From Cenarchaeum sp. (GTDB lineage: Archaea; Thermoproteota; Nitrososphaeria; Nitrososphaerales; Nitrosopumilaceae): DNA of 64,000 nt. Under the pieces are notes generated by a model, which saw only the letters and a list, made by a program, of their open reading frames with translations, had not been told where the DNA came from and ran no database searches. Position numbers and translations under genes: made by a program. Shown piece by piece: positions 1 through 10,842 of the stretch. The stretch covers positions 1,088,001-1,152,000 of the forward strand of contig CBDESU010000001.1 of assembly GCA_965242695.1 (NCBI GenBank), in the 5' to 3' direction. The first letter of the stretch is position 1. Every line of letters starts with the position of its first letter.

Positions 1-11
1 GCCCCGGGGCC

Positions 12-3000
12 GCTTCAATGGGGCCGCAACTTGACAGTTGCGGAAGGATGTCCGGAAAACCGACCAAGCCCTGGCCGCCTTAGCTTCAATGGGGCCGCAA
101 CTTGACAGTTGCGGAAGGAACAAGAACGGGGAACTGGAGCCGGAGACGATGCTGGCTTCAATGGGGCCGCAACTTGACAGTTGCGGAAGGATTGTCGCTT
201 CCACGCTCCACGCAAAAAGGCCCGGGCTTCAATGGGGCCGCAACTTGACAGTTGCGGAAGGTGGAAGAGTTGGGTACCCAGTTCTTCGACTACATGGAGC
301 TTCAATGGGGCCGCAACTTGACAGTTGCGGAAGGTACCGCCATTCAGCACGGCCCCGAAGTATTTGAATATGCTTCAATGGGGCCGCAACTTGACAGTTG
401 CGGAAGGTCCGTGTTGAGGGCGGTGCGCAGGTCGGCGGGCGGCTTCAATGGGGCCGCAACTTGACAGTTGCGGAAGGTTGGCACTTTTCTCGAAATCCAA
501 GATGACGCCTCGCGGGGCTTCAATGGGGCCGCAACTTGACAGTTGCGGAAGGCCTGCGTGCGGGCCGTAGTGTCAAAGCGGGCCTCGGCTTCAATGGGGC
601 CGCAACTTGACAGTTGCGGAAGGGGTCAACGCCCTGGTGGCATCGCTTCAGCAGGGCCAGGCTTCAATGGGGCCGCAACTTGACAGTTGCGGAAGGGATC
701 GACGGCCTAGAGGGCGCGGCGCGGCGCCTCAGCTTCAATGGGGCCGCAACTTGACAGTTGCGGAAGGCAGGCGGAGTGCCTGCCGCCTGTCCCCATCTTC
801 AGATTGCTTCAATGGGGCCGCAACTTGACAGTTGCGGAAGGCGCGTACCGCGCTATCTACGGGCGCCCGCACCCTGGCGCTTCAATGGGGCCGCAACTTG
901 ACAGTTGCGGAAGGCAGTAGCGGCCACTCGTGCGATCCCCTGTCGGACGCTTCAATGGGGCCGCAACTTGACAGTTGCGGAAGGTCGGAATCATGGCGGC
1001 CACAAACGGCAAGCTCGCAGCTTCAATGGGGCCGCAACTTGACAGTTGCGGAAGGGAGTAGCGGACGGTAGAGGCGTAGCAGTTGATCACGCTTCAATGG
1101 GGCCGCAACTTGACAGTTGCGGAAGGAGTATGAGCTCGTCACGCAGGCGTATCATCGAGTCGTGCTTCAATGGGGCCGCAACTTGACAGTTGCGGAAGGC
1201 GGACCGTCTCACGGGGCGCCGCTGGCTTACTGTCTTGCTTCAATGGGGCCGCAACTTGACAGTTGCGGAAGGCAAAGAGAGCTGCGCGCAAAGGTGCAAA
1301 GCCATACGCTTCAATGGGGCCGCAACTTGACAGTTGCGGAAGGCGGCTACAAAGCCGTCCAAAAAGCCGGCAAGTATCGGCTTCAATGGGGCCGCAACTT
1401 GACAGTTGCGGAAGGCCATGACGATACGGCGGATGTGGTTTGACCGCGGGCTTCAATGGGGCCGCAACTTGACAGTTGCGGAAGGCGGCGGCGGTGCGAT
1501 GCGCACGGCCCGGCTCGCCGCTTCAATGGGGCCGCAACTTGACAGTTGCGGAAGGTGCTCGCGCTAGTCTCTACCGTGGGGATCGGCGCAAGCTTCAATG
1601 GGGCCGCAACTTGACAGTTGCGGAAGGCGGCGGCAGTCGTCATGGCTGCGGCACCACCATGGTGCTTCAATGGGGCCGCAACTTGACAGTTGCGGAAGGC
1701 ATGGGACAATGCAAGCCAAGTAGCGGACGAGTGGCTTCAATGGGGCCGCAACTTGACAGTTGCGGAAGGCGGCCCTGCGCCGGGCTACCAGGCCGACGCG
1801 GTCCGGCTTCAATGGGGCCGCAACTTGACAGTTGCGGAAGGAGCCTAGCGATCACTGCGCGCGTGTCGGCAAGCGCGTGCTTCAATGGGGCCGCAACTTG
1901 ACAGTTGCGGAAGGCCGATCCCGCGAGCAGGCCGCCCGCGAGGCCGCAGAGCTTCAATGGGGCCGCAACTTGACAGTTGCGGAAGGGGCGGGCAGCCACT
2001 CGCCGGCGTGCCGCCACCTCGCTTCAATGGGGCCGCAACTTGACAGTTGCGGAAGGCTCAACGAGACCAAGTTCGAGGCGTTCGCCGCCTCTGCTTCAAT
2101 GGGGCCGCAACTTGACAGTTGCGGAAGGCTCGGCGAGGCCAACGCCCCGGGCAACCGCCTCGCGCCGCTTCAATGGGGCCGCAACTTGACAGTTGCGGAA
2201 GGACGGGGCAGGGTACGGCGTCCGGCGCCCAGGACCAGCAGCTTCAATGGGGCCGCAACTTGACAGTTGCGGAAGGCGTCCGCGCCCTGGTCGGGCTTGA
2301 TCTAATACGGGCTTCAATGGGGCCGCAACTTGACAGTTGCGGAAGGGCCTTGATGTATGCTCGCGCGTCCTACCGATTGTGGCTTCAATGGGGCCGCAAC
2401 TTGACAGTTGCGGAAGGCCCGGGCGGGACATGTCCCCAAAGCAGATCGCGCAGGCTTCAATGGGGCCGCAACTTGACAGTTGCGGAAGGGGCAACGTGCA
2501 GGAGCGCCTGCTCGAGATGACCCCGCTTCAATGGGGCCGCAACTTGACAGTTGCGGAAGGTGGCGGCGGGCCAACGTGTACGTCCGTCCCTCTGCCTTGC
2601 TTCAATGGGGCCGCAACTTGACAGTTGCGGAAGGCGCCACAATCCCTGGTATGCAAGCAGGTGGTTAGCCAGGCTTCAATGGGGCCGCAACTTGACAGTT
2701 GCGGAAGGCTCCGCTCGGTTAGCGGTCCTACGCGCCTATCACTGCTTCAATGGGGCCGCAACTTGACAGTTACGGAAGGGGCAAAGCGCTCCGGCCGCTC
2801 GGCGCGGAGTTTGCGGCTTCAATGGGGCCGCAACTTGACAGTTGCGGAAGGGCTTGTCCAAGGACTCGGCGCAATTCTGACAAAGCGCTTCAATGGGGCC
2901 GCAACTTGACAGTTGCGGAAGGCGTAACCCCGACACCGCTTCCCGAAGAGGACGAGCGGCTTCAATGGGGCCGCAACTTGACAGTTGCGGAAGGTCGGGA

Positions 3001-6000
3001 CCACGTCCCCAAGTTGGTAGGGGAGGACAGCTTCAATGGGGCCGCAACTTGACAGTTGCGGAAGGTGACGGGCGCAAACAAGACCATGAAGATGTTCGTA
3101 GCTTCAATGGGGCCGCAACTTGACAGTTGCGGAAGGGGGCTTGCCTCCTTTACGAAGACTGACGTGCAGGCCATGCTTCAATGGGGCCGCAACTTGACAG
3201 TTGCGGAAGGCAAACAACATGCTTGAATACCGTGCGTTGATTACTGGCTTCAATGGGGCCGCAACTTGACAGTTGCGGAAGGTGTGGGGCTTACTGCCCT
3301 GATATTCAAGGATTAAGCTTCAATGGGGCCGCAACTTGACAGTTGCGGAAGGTTTGGGAGGGCATTAGGCTCATCGACCCGAATATCGGCTTCAATGGGG
3401 CCGCAACTTGACAGTTGCGGAAGGCGCCCTAGATGTGTGGAATCTGACAGGCAACCCCAGCTTCAATGGGGCCGCAACTTGACAGTTGCGGAAGGAGGAC
3501 GGACAGGGGAGCACAGAATGACCGAGCGCTAGCTTCAATGGGGCCGCAACTTGACAGTTGCGGAAGGCGGACCGCTCAACGAGTTCGCACAGCGCTGCTC
3601 GGCGCTTCAATGGGGCCGCAACTTGACAGTTGCGGAAGGGTCGATTGGTGCAACGAACGCATCGCCGACGACAGCTTCAATGGGGCCGCAACTTGACAGT
3701 TGCGGAAGGCGTACGATCCAGACTTTGCCGTCATGGACGCCGGCGGGCTTCAATGGGGCCGCAACTTGACAGTTGCGGAAGGCGGTTGACAGGGGAGTTG
3801 GCCACCGCCCTGCGCGGGGCTTCAATGGGGCCGCAACTTGACAGTTGCGGAAGGCGCAAAGAGATTTTGCCGGTCGGCGGCGTGCAGGCTGGGCTTCAAT
3901 GGGGCCGCAACTTGACAGTTGCGGAAGGACTGGGAATGGGTAAAGACGGTAGCCACGCTTCTAGCTTCAATGGGGCCGCAACTTGACAGTTGCGGAAGGA
4001 TCATGGCCGTCCACGGGGTTGCCTTTTTTTCAACCGCGCTTCAATGGGGCCGCAACTTGACAGTTGCGGAAGGCATTATGAGATCGGTAGTGTGTTTTTG
4101 ATCCTGCTCGCTTCAATGGGGCCGCAACTTGACAGTTGCGGAAGGCCCTGAAGCGCCTTCAGCGCCCCCGCCCCACGCCTGCTTCAATGGGGCCGCAACT
4201 TGACAGTTGCGGAAGGTGAGATCGGCGGCCCCGTCGGGGCCTAGCGCAGGTGCTTCAATGGGGCCGCAACTTGACAGTTGCGGAAGGCGGTGGGGGCTGT
4301 GCCTGCCGACGCGATTGAGGATGGCTTCAATGGGGCCGCAACTTGACAGTTGCGGAAGGACGATCCTGGGGGAACGCCGGAGCAGGGCTGCTTCAAGCTT
4401 CAATGGGGCCGCAACTTGACAGTTGCGGAAGGGCCGACGGGCTTGGCCCGCAGGGCGAAGATTGGCTTGCTTCAATGGGGCCGCAACTTGACAGTTGCGG
4501 AAGGTACGTCAGGCGGCATCCCGACCTGTGCTGCATGATGCTTCAATGGGGCCGCAACTTGACAGTTGCGGAAGGAGCGCTGCATGAGCCTGCCGCTTAA
4601 CGGGGGGGGCTTCAATGGGGCCGCAACTTGACAGTTGCGGAAGGTATGCGGCAAGCCCGCCCAGCACTCGGACGCGCCTTGCTTCAATGGGGCCGCAACT
4701 TGACAGTTGCGGAAGGGGTCGGGTTCGCACTGTGGCGACTCGGTAAGGCCTATGCTTCAATGGGGCCGCAACTTGACAGTTGCGGAAGGATGTACAATGC
4801 GGCCGTACGCGCGCAAAAATCGCAGGGCTTCAATGGGGCCGCAACTTGACAGTTGCGGAAGGGGGCGGCCCGCCTGCGCCTGGCGTCCGACGCCCGCCGG
4901 CTTCAATGGGGCCGCAACTTGACAGTTGCGGAAGGACGATTCCGACTTCAATGCCGTCGGCCAATCCGCGGGCTTCAATGGGGCCGCAACTTGACAGTTG
5001 CGGAAGGATTTGCCCGAATATCTGACGGGCCTTGGCCAACCCGCTTCAATGGGGCCGCAACTTGACAGTTGCGGAAGGCGGCACGCCGTTCAACTGCAAG
5101 TATTACCGCGTCGGGCTTCAATGGGGCCGCAACTTGACAGTTGCGGAAGGCAGATGACAAGCCGTCAAAGGGGGCGCGCCCGACATGCTTCAATGGGGCC
5201 GCAACTTGACAGTTGCGGAAGGGCGGCGCCCCAGCGCAGGGCCGCGCTAGGCCTGCCCGCTTCAATGGGGCCGCAACTTGACAGTTGCGGAAGGGGCTCA
5301 ACGCCAGGGCCGTGTAAACGTCGCCGTGCCTGCTTCAATGGGGCCGCAACTTGACAGTTGCGGAAGGGGGGGGGCGCTCGCGCTGGGGCGGCCCGCACGG
5401 GCTTTGCTTCAATGGGGCCGCAACTTGACAGTTGCGGAAGGGCGTGGGCGCCATGCAGGATGAGGGCGGTGCGTTTGGCTTCAATGGGGCCGCAACTTGA
5501 CAGTTGCGGAAGGACAGGGGCGCCCGCCGCCGGCGGCATGGCCTGCTGGGCTTCAATGGGGCCGCAACTTGACAGTTGCGGAAGGGGCGATCCGTGGAAG
5601 TGGGACCGTCTGCGCAAGGAGCTTCAATGGGGCCGCAACTTGACAGTTGCGGAAGGGACGCGAGGCGGGTGCGCGCGGTCTCTACGGCGGTAGCTTCAAT
5701 GGGGCCGCAACTTGACAGTTGCGGAAGGGGGACGTGCCACGTGCAGTTCGATCACCCACCCGGGGCGCTTCAATGGGGCCGCAACTTGACAGTTGCGGAA
5801 GGCACCAGGCGTGGTCGTTCGCCGACGGCGTCACTGCGCTTCAATGGGGCCGCAACTTGACAGTTGCGGAAGGAGTCCGCGACGCCATGACGCCGCTCGA
5901 AAAGGCCGCGCTTCAATGGGGCCGCAACTTGACAGTTGCGGAAGGCGCCGGCATTCCGCGACGCGCGCGGGGCATGTCGGGCGCTTCAATGGGGCCGCAA

Positions 6001-8404
6001 CTTGACAGTTGCGGAAGGATAGCTCTCGGTCACGTCCCGCAGCAGCATCCGGATGCTTCAATGGGGCCGCAACTTGACAGTTGCGGAAGGCATCAAGCGA
6101 ACAAAGAAGGCGGGCAGGGCCCTAGGGCTTCAATGGGGCCGCAACTTGACAGTTGCGGAAGGCTCGGCCCTGGTCTACGGGCCGGCGGCCCAGAGCGGGC
6201 TTCAATGGGGCCGCAACTTGACAGTTGCGGAAGGATGCCTGATGCGCCAGGATGCGGACGGCGATCTCCGTGCTTCAATGGGGCCGCAACTTGACAGTTG
6301 CGGAAGGCATTGCGCCGGTAAAGCCAAAGGGCAGGCTATATACCCGCTTCAATGGGGCCGCAACTTGACAGTTGCGGAAGGGCCAATCATGCCTCTCCTA
6401 CGCGGAAGAGGTATATAAGGCTTCAATGGGGCCGCAACTTGACAGTTGCGGAAGGCGGCGTGGTGCGGGCGTACGCCCGCGCCAGGTCCTGCTTCAATGG
6501 GGCCGCAACTTGACAGTTGCGGAAGGATGCATATAGCGGGCCGCAGGCGCTAGCGCGGCGTGGCTTCAATGGGGCCGCAACTTGACAGTTGCGGAAGGGG
6601 GCGCGGCGGGCCGCCGCGCGGCAGGAAACCCCCAAGCTTCAATGGGGCCGCAACTTGACAGTTGCGGAAGGCTGGATGAAGTGGCGCGCCTGGCGCCGGC
6701 GGAGTATGCTTCAATGGGGCCGCAACTTGACAGTTGCGGAAGGCCGCGGCCTCGGCGTCGAGTGCAAGGTCGAGCTCGGGCTTCAATGGGGCCGCAACTT
6801 GACAGTTGCGGAAGGGGACATGACCGTACACGACTGCATCATTGCCGCACTGCTTCAATGGGGCCGCAACTTGACAGTTGCGGAAGGATATATGTCATCT
6901 AAGTACGTTGGCTCACAGTGGCTAGCTTCAATGGGGCCGCAACTTGACAGTTGCGGAAGGGGCACTGCTCGCAGCGCCCCCGCCCGACGGCCGCGCTTCA
7001 ATGGGGCCGCAACTTGACAGTTGCGGAAGGTGTTTGCCCTCAACTTTTCCTGATCCGATTATGAGGCTTCAATGGGGCCGCAACTTGACAGTTGCGGAAG
7101 GCGGCGACAGCCTCGACGCCCAGGACTACGGCAACCAGCTTCAATGGGGCCGCAACTTGACAGTTGCGGAAGGTTATATCCACTCGGCGCGGGGCGCCGG
7201 TAAGGATGCTTCAATGGGGCCGCAACTTGACAGTTGCGGAAGGGACGTGCGGCAGACAATGCAGGCTGCCGAGTCGATGCTTCAATGGGGCCGCAACTTG
7301 ACAGTTGCGGAAGGGGGCCACCGCCCCATAGTCCCGCACCGCCGTCCTGTGCTTCAATGGGGCCGCAACTTGACAGTTGCGGAAGGAGGCGTGGATCCGA
7401 TCGCCAAAAACAAAAGGGTTAGCTTCAATGGGGCCGCAACTTGACAGTTGCGGAAGGACGGCAAGTCGCTCATCGTCCGCCTCGGCGCCGCGCGCTTCAA
7501 TGGGGCCGCAACTTGACAGTTGCGGAAGGGTGCAGCATGTCCGAGCCTGCCGATGGGCAGGGGCCGGCTTCAATGGGGCCGCAACTTGACAGTTGCGGAA
7601 GGCGCCTTCAAGTTGGGCGTGCGGGCCGTAGCCGACGAGCTTCAATGGGGCCGCAACTTGACAGTTGCGGAAGGTCGTGTCGGACACGTTCCCGGCGCCC
7701 TCGGCGGCCGCGGCTTCAATGGGGCCGCAACTTGACAGTTGCGGAAGGGCCCGCGGACCCGAGCGACACGCACGGCCCGCCCGAAGCTTCAATGGGGCCG
7801 CAACTTGACAGTTGCGGAAGGCGCGCCGCGATCTCATCTTGGAGCGAGCCGGACGGCAGGCTTCAATGGGGCCGCAACTTGACAGTTGCGGAAGGCGGAA
7901 TCTCGCGGGGATCAGACACGCGGACGTTGACCGCTTCAATGGGGCCGCAACTTGACAGTTGCGGAAGGAGATCATTCCCAGACTGGCGAGCGTTGGAATC
8001 CGCCGAGCTTCAATGGGGCCGCAACTTGACAGTTGCGGAAGGCTCTTAAGGCACAAGGGGGGCGGGCCGCCCGTTGAGGCTTCAATGGGGCCGCAACTTG
8101 ACAGTTGCGGAAGGGTCCGGCACGGTCGCCGACGACGGCAATCTAAAGGCGCTTCAATGGGGCCGCAACTTGACAGTTGCGGAAGGCCACGCATCGACCA
8201 GGCCCGCCGACAGAACGTCCGCGCTTCAATGGGGCCGCAACTTGACAGTTGCGGAAGGCAGGCGGCCGCGCGGTTGCGGCGTGGGCCTAACCACGGCTTC
8301 AATGGGGCCGCAACTTGACAGTTGCGGAAGGAGGCGGCGGCCGAGCGCGACAAAAAGGGGGCCATTGGGCTTCAATGGGGCCGCAACTTGACAGTTGCGG
8401 AAGG
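12..8404 (-). CRISPR. CRISPR array, 117 repeats (36 bp; + strand GCTTCAATGGGGCCGCAACTTGACAGTTGCGGAAGG) with 116 spacers of about 33-39 bp; continues past the left edge
   Basis: Repeat recurs about every 72 bp from 12 to 8369 (hand count). Internal hairpin CCGCAACT-TGAC-AGTTGCGG. The minus strand ends ATTGAAGC, a typical repeat 3' end, and the leader and cas2 lie to the right, so minus-strand transcription is inferred. Confidence 0.99.
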
Positions 8405-8602
8405 CCTGCGACGGACAACCATTTGTCCGCAGCTCGGCCGGCACAGTGATCATATGTGGGCTTTGGCTCCTGCTTGCCGTGTTTTTGCATTCAGTCGCGG
8501 TGGCGCCATCTCCGGCATTATAAGCAGGCGGCGAGCGCCCCAGGGGCCGAACCCCCTCACCGGGCCGCTCGCGCGCCCCCGGCGCCACCGCCCCCGATCG
8601 CA
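8405..8602 (-). promoter_or_regulatory. CRISPR leader with TATA-like box (TTATAA at 8518-8523)
   Basis: Non-repeat, relatively AT-richer segment between the terminal repeat and the cas2 stop; contains GCTTATAATGCC on the minus strand. Confidence 0.75.
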
Positions 8603-8905
8603 TCATACGACAAACGACGGCCTCCTTCCCCCGCCCGGCTGCAGCTTCACGCCGATCGTCTCTATGCGCCCGTCCGATGCATCCCCGTACGAGGGGCCCA
8701 CATCGACGACCAGCACCCTGTCCTGGGCGTAGTCGAGCAGGTCGGCAAGGTCCTCGCGGAGCCCCGTCAGCTCTATCCGGCTCAGGTCGCAGGCGAACAC
8801 CGAGTACTGCATGCGGTCGCCGTACCCGAGCATGGTCTTATAGGTCTGCTGGCGCCGCTTTGAATCCGCCACATCGTACGCCACAATGTACCTGTTCCGC
8901 GCCAT
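8603..8905 (-). CDS. cas2: CRISPR-associated endonuclease Cas2
   Basis: MARNRYIVAYDVADSKRRQQTYKTMLGYGDRMQYSVFACDL: YDV..D..R and QYSVF Cas2 motifs; about 100 aa; adjacent to cas1. Confidence 0.97.
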   Translation of the reverse strand: MARNRYIVAYDVADSKRRQQTYKTMLGYGDRMQYSVFACDLSRIELTGLREDLADLLDYAQDRVLVVDVGPSYGDASDGRIETIGVKLQPGGGRRPSFVV

Positions 8906-8921
8906 CCGCACCCACCGCGCC

Positions 8922-10703
8922 CTACCGCGTCCTGAACGAGGGGTACGACGGCACCTCGCCTAGCAGGTGCCTCGTTAAGAGCCGCGCCTGCGTGGCCATC
9001 ACACGCCGGTAGCTTGCCGCGTACCCGAGCAGCGGGTGCGATACCTGCTCGTCGAGCCGCCGGTTGTACGCCATGATTGCCCTCTTCCTGCCGGCGGCGT
9101 TCAGGCTCGTCCCGACCCCCGCCCTCACAAAGTCGGACGGCCCGATCTCGCCGCCGTTTACCATCCGCAGGCACACAGAGTCTGCCACAAGCGGGCGGAA
9201 CTCCTCCATCAAGTCCAGCGCCAGCGCCGGCTTGCCGTGCTTTGGCCTGTGCAGGTACCCCAGGTGCGGGTCGAGTCCGACGCGGCTCGCAGTCACAGCC
9301 GCATCCTTTGCAAGCATCGAGTACAGGTATGACAGCAGCGCGTTGACGGGGTCTGTCGGCGGGCGGCGCCTGCGCCCCTCCAGCCGGAACTCGGCCGCCG
9401 CCCCGGCATCCTTCACCATCGTGCTGAACTTTCCAAAGTACGTGCGCGCGGCCATGCCCTCTATGCCTAGCAGCGCCTCGTAGCTCCTCTCCTTCAGGGC
9501 CCGCTCGGCCAGCCCGTCGAGGTCAGATACGGCCGCGGCCACCCCCTCGTCCCCCGCCGGCCCGTTCCTCCGCAGCATCGTCGCGCAGTTGCGCGCCTTG
9601 CCGTGCACGATGCGCCGCGCAATGTCCATCGAGCCCCTCTGGTCCGAGTACATCCTATGCTGCGCGATGCGCAAGTGCACGTTCCGGCCGGACATCCCCG
9701 AGAGTATTCCGTAGAACCAGCCGCCGTACGACATGTAGCAGACCGGAATGTTGCGCACGGCGAGCTCGCGCAGCGCCTGCGTCGTGACCTGGACGTTGCC
9801 GAGGACGGTAACCTCCGATATGTCAAGAAGCTTGAACTCTTCCTCGGCCCCGCCCTTGCGCCTCACGACGAGCCGGTCGCCCGACTTTTTGACCGTCGCC
9901 CACTGCTCCTGCACGAACAGCGGGACGGTGTCGTTGCGCACGGGATACATCCGCCTCACCTGGTCCTTCGTCACGCTTCCGCCTCCGCCTTCGCCGTCGC
10001 CGGACAGCAGGTTGACCTCGTCGGGGAGACAAATGCCGACAAGCGAGCAGCCGGGGCACTTTGGGCTGTCGTAGAGCGGCGGCGGAAGGGTCTCAGACTC
10101 TGCATCGAGGCGGAACTCGGCGATCAGGGCGCGCGTGTGCGTCTCGAGATCCTCGTCGATCGGCACCTCGATGCGCCGCTTGGAGCCGATATAGTACACG
10201 GTGCCGCTGTCGCACTCGAAGCCGTTGGCCCGGAGCAGCAGCGCCTGCGCGCACACGTGCACCCTGTGGTCGAGGTACGTCCGCTCGGGCGTGTCGGGGA
10301 CCGTCCCGCGCTTGTGCTCGACCGGCGTCGCCTTTTTCCCCTCGGCCTCTAGCACGTCGAGCTTGCCGACGAGTCCCAGCTCCGGGTCGGAGAGCATCAT
10401 CGAGCGGGAGTGGATGGTCTCAGACTTCTTGCCAGCTCCCTTCTTGTCGCCGGCACCCCTGTCGTCAGGACCGCCGTCCCGCTCGGCCGCCTCCTCGGCC
10501 ATGCGCCTCTGGCCCGCCGGCCTGTCGACGTTGCGGTGCTTTAGCCTGCCGTCCACGGTGTATTCGTTGTGCTCGAACTCGCCCTGCACGTGCTCTAGGT
10601 ACCCAAGTCGCCGGCAGTACGAGTATTGGACGAGCATGCGGACGGGGATCAGGTCCTGCGCGGGCGCAGGTGCCTCGGCATTCTGCCCCTCCGCATCCGG
10701 CAT
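8922..10703 (-). CDS. cas1: Cas4-Cas1 fusion (type I-G/I-U-like)
   Basis: N-terminal Cas4 (YC.R, GKLDVLE..VEHKRG RecB motif, C-terminal CPGCSLVGIC Fe-S cysteines) fused to Cas1 (LLGIEGMAARTYF, RRPPTDPVNALLSYLY, GYLH, LALDLMEEFRP). Start placed at the ATG of MPDAEG (10703). Confidence 0.96.
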   Translation of the reverse strand: MPDAEGQNAEAPAPAQDLIPVRMLVQYSYCRRLGYLEHVQGEFEHNEYTVDGRLKHRNVDRPAGQRRMAEEAAERDGGPDDRGAGDKKGAGKKSETIHSRSMMLSDPELGLVGKLDVLEAEGKKATPVEHKRGTVPDTPERTYLDHRVHVCAQALLLRANGFECDSGTVYYIGSKRRIEVPIDEDLETHTRALIAEFRLDAESETLPPPLYDSPKCPGCSLVGICLPDEVNLLSGDGEGGGGSVTKDQVRRMYPVRNDTVPLFVQEQWATVKKSGDRLVVRRKGGAEEEFKLLDISEVTVLGNVQVTTQALRELAVRNIPVCYMSYGGWFYGILSGMSGRNVHLRIAQHRMYSDQRGSMDIARRIVHGKARNCATMLRRNGPAGDEGVAAAVSDLDGLAERALKERSYEALLGIEGMAARTYFGKFSTMVKDAGAAAEFRLEGRRRRPPTDPVNALLSYLYSMLAKDAAVTASRVGLDPHLGYLHRPKHGKPALALDLMEEFRPLVADSVCLRMVNGGEIGPSDFVRAGVGTSLNAAGRKRAIMAYNRRLDEQVSHPLLGYAASYRRVMATQARLLTRHLLGEVPSYPSFRTR

Positions 10704-10805
10704 GCCGCCCCTTCGCGCGCGCGGACCTAGTGCGCGGCGCCAAATGCGGTTGACGCCGTGGTGAGGAAAAGTTGACAGCGCGCGGCTGCCCCGCACCACA
10801 CTACA

Positions 10806-10825
10806 CCGCACCGCATAAATCCGCC
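10806..10825 (+). promoter_or_regulatory. Conserved TPR-gene promoter motif CCGCACCGCATAAATCCGCC (copy 1)
   Basis: Exact 20-mer; ATAAAT begins 28 nt before the GTG start. Confidence 0.75.
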
Positions 10826-10842
10826 CCGTACAGCCCGCCCCC

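Noticed and set aside
5151-5982. 9-nt end overlap (ATGTCGGGC) between the reverse complement of spacer 5151-5186 and spacer 5946-5982
   Set aside because: Too short given 116 GC-rich spacers; compatible with chance.
6392-6416. Spacer segment CGCGGAAGAGG(T)ATATA resembling 29079-29094
   Set aside because: Only 11 contiguous nt match and the rest of the spacer does not, so it is not credible self-targeting. A full spacer-versus-window search was not possible by eye.
8514-8525. 12-mer GCTTATAATGCC shared by the CRISPR leader (minus strand) and the promoter at 48699
   Set aside because: It is mostly the TATA core; not enough to claim co-regulation.
15-8732. Dozens of ORFs over the CRISPR array
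   Set aside because: They are translations of the repeat (ASMGPQLDSCGR, LQWGRNLTVAEG), not genes.
10745-10790. Two GTTGAC words upstream of cas4-1, one resembling the repeat core (AAGTTGACAG)
   Set aside because: Similarity is too short to call a degenerate repeat or CreA/CreR-like mini-array.
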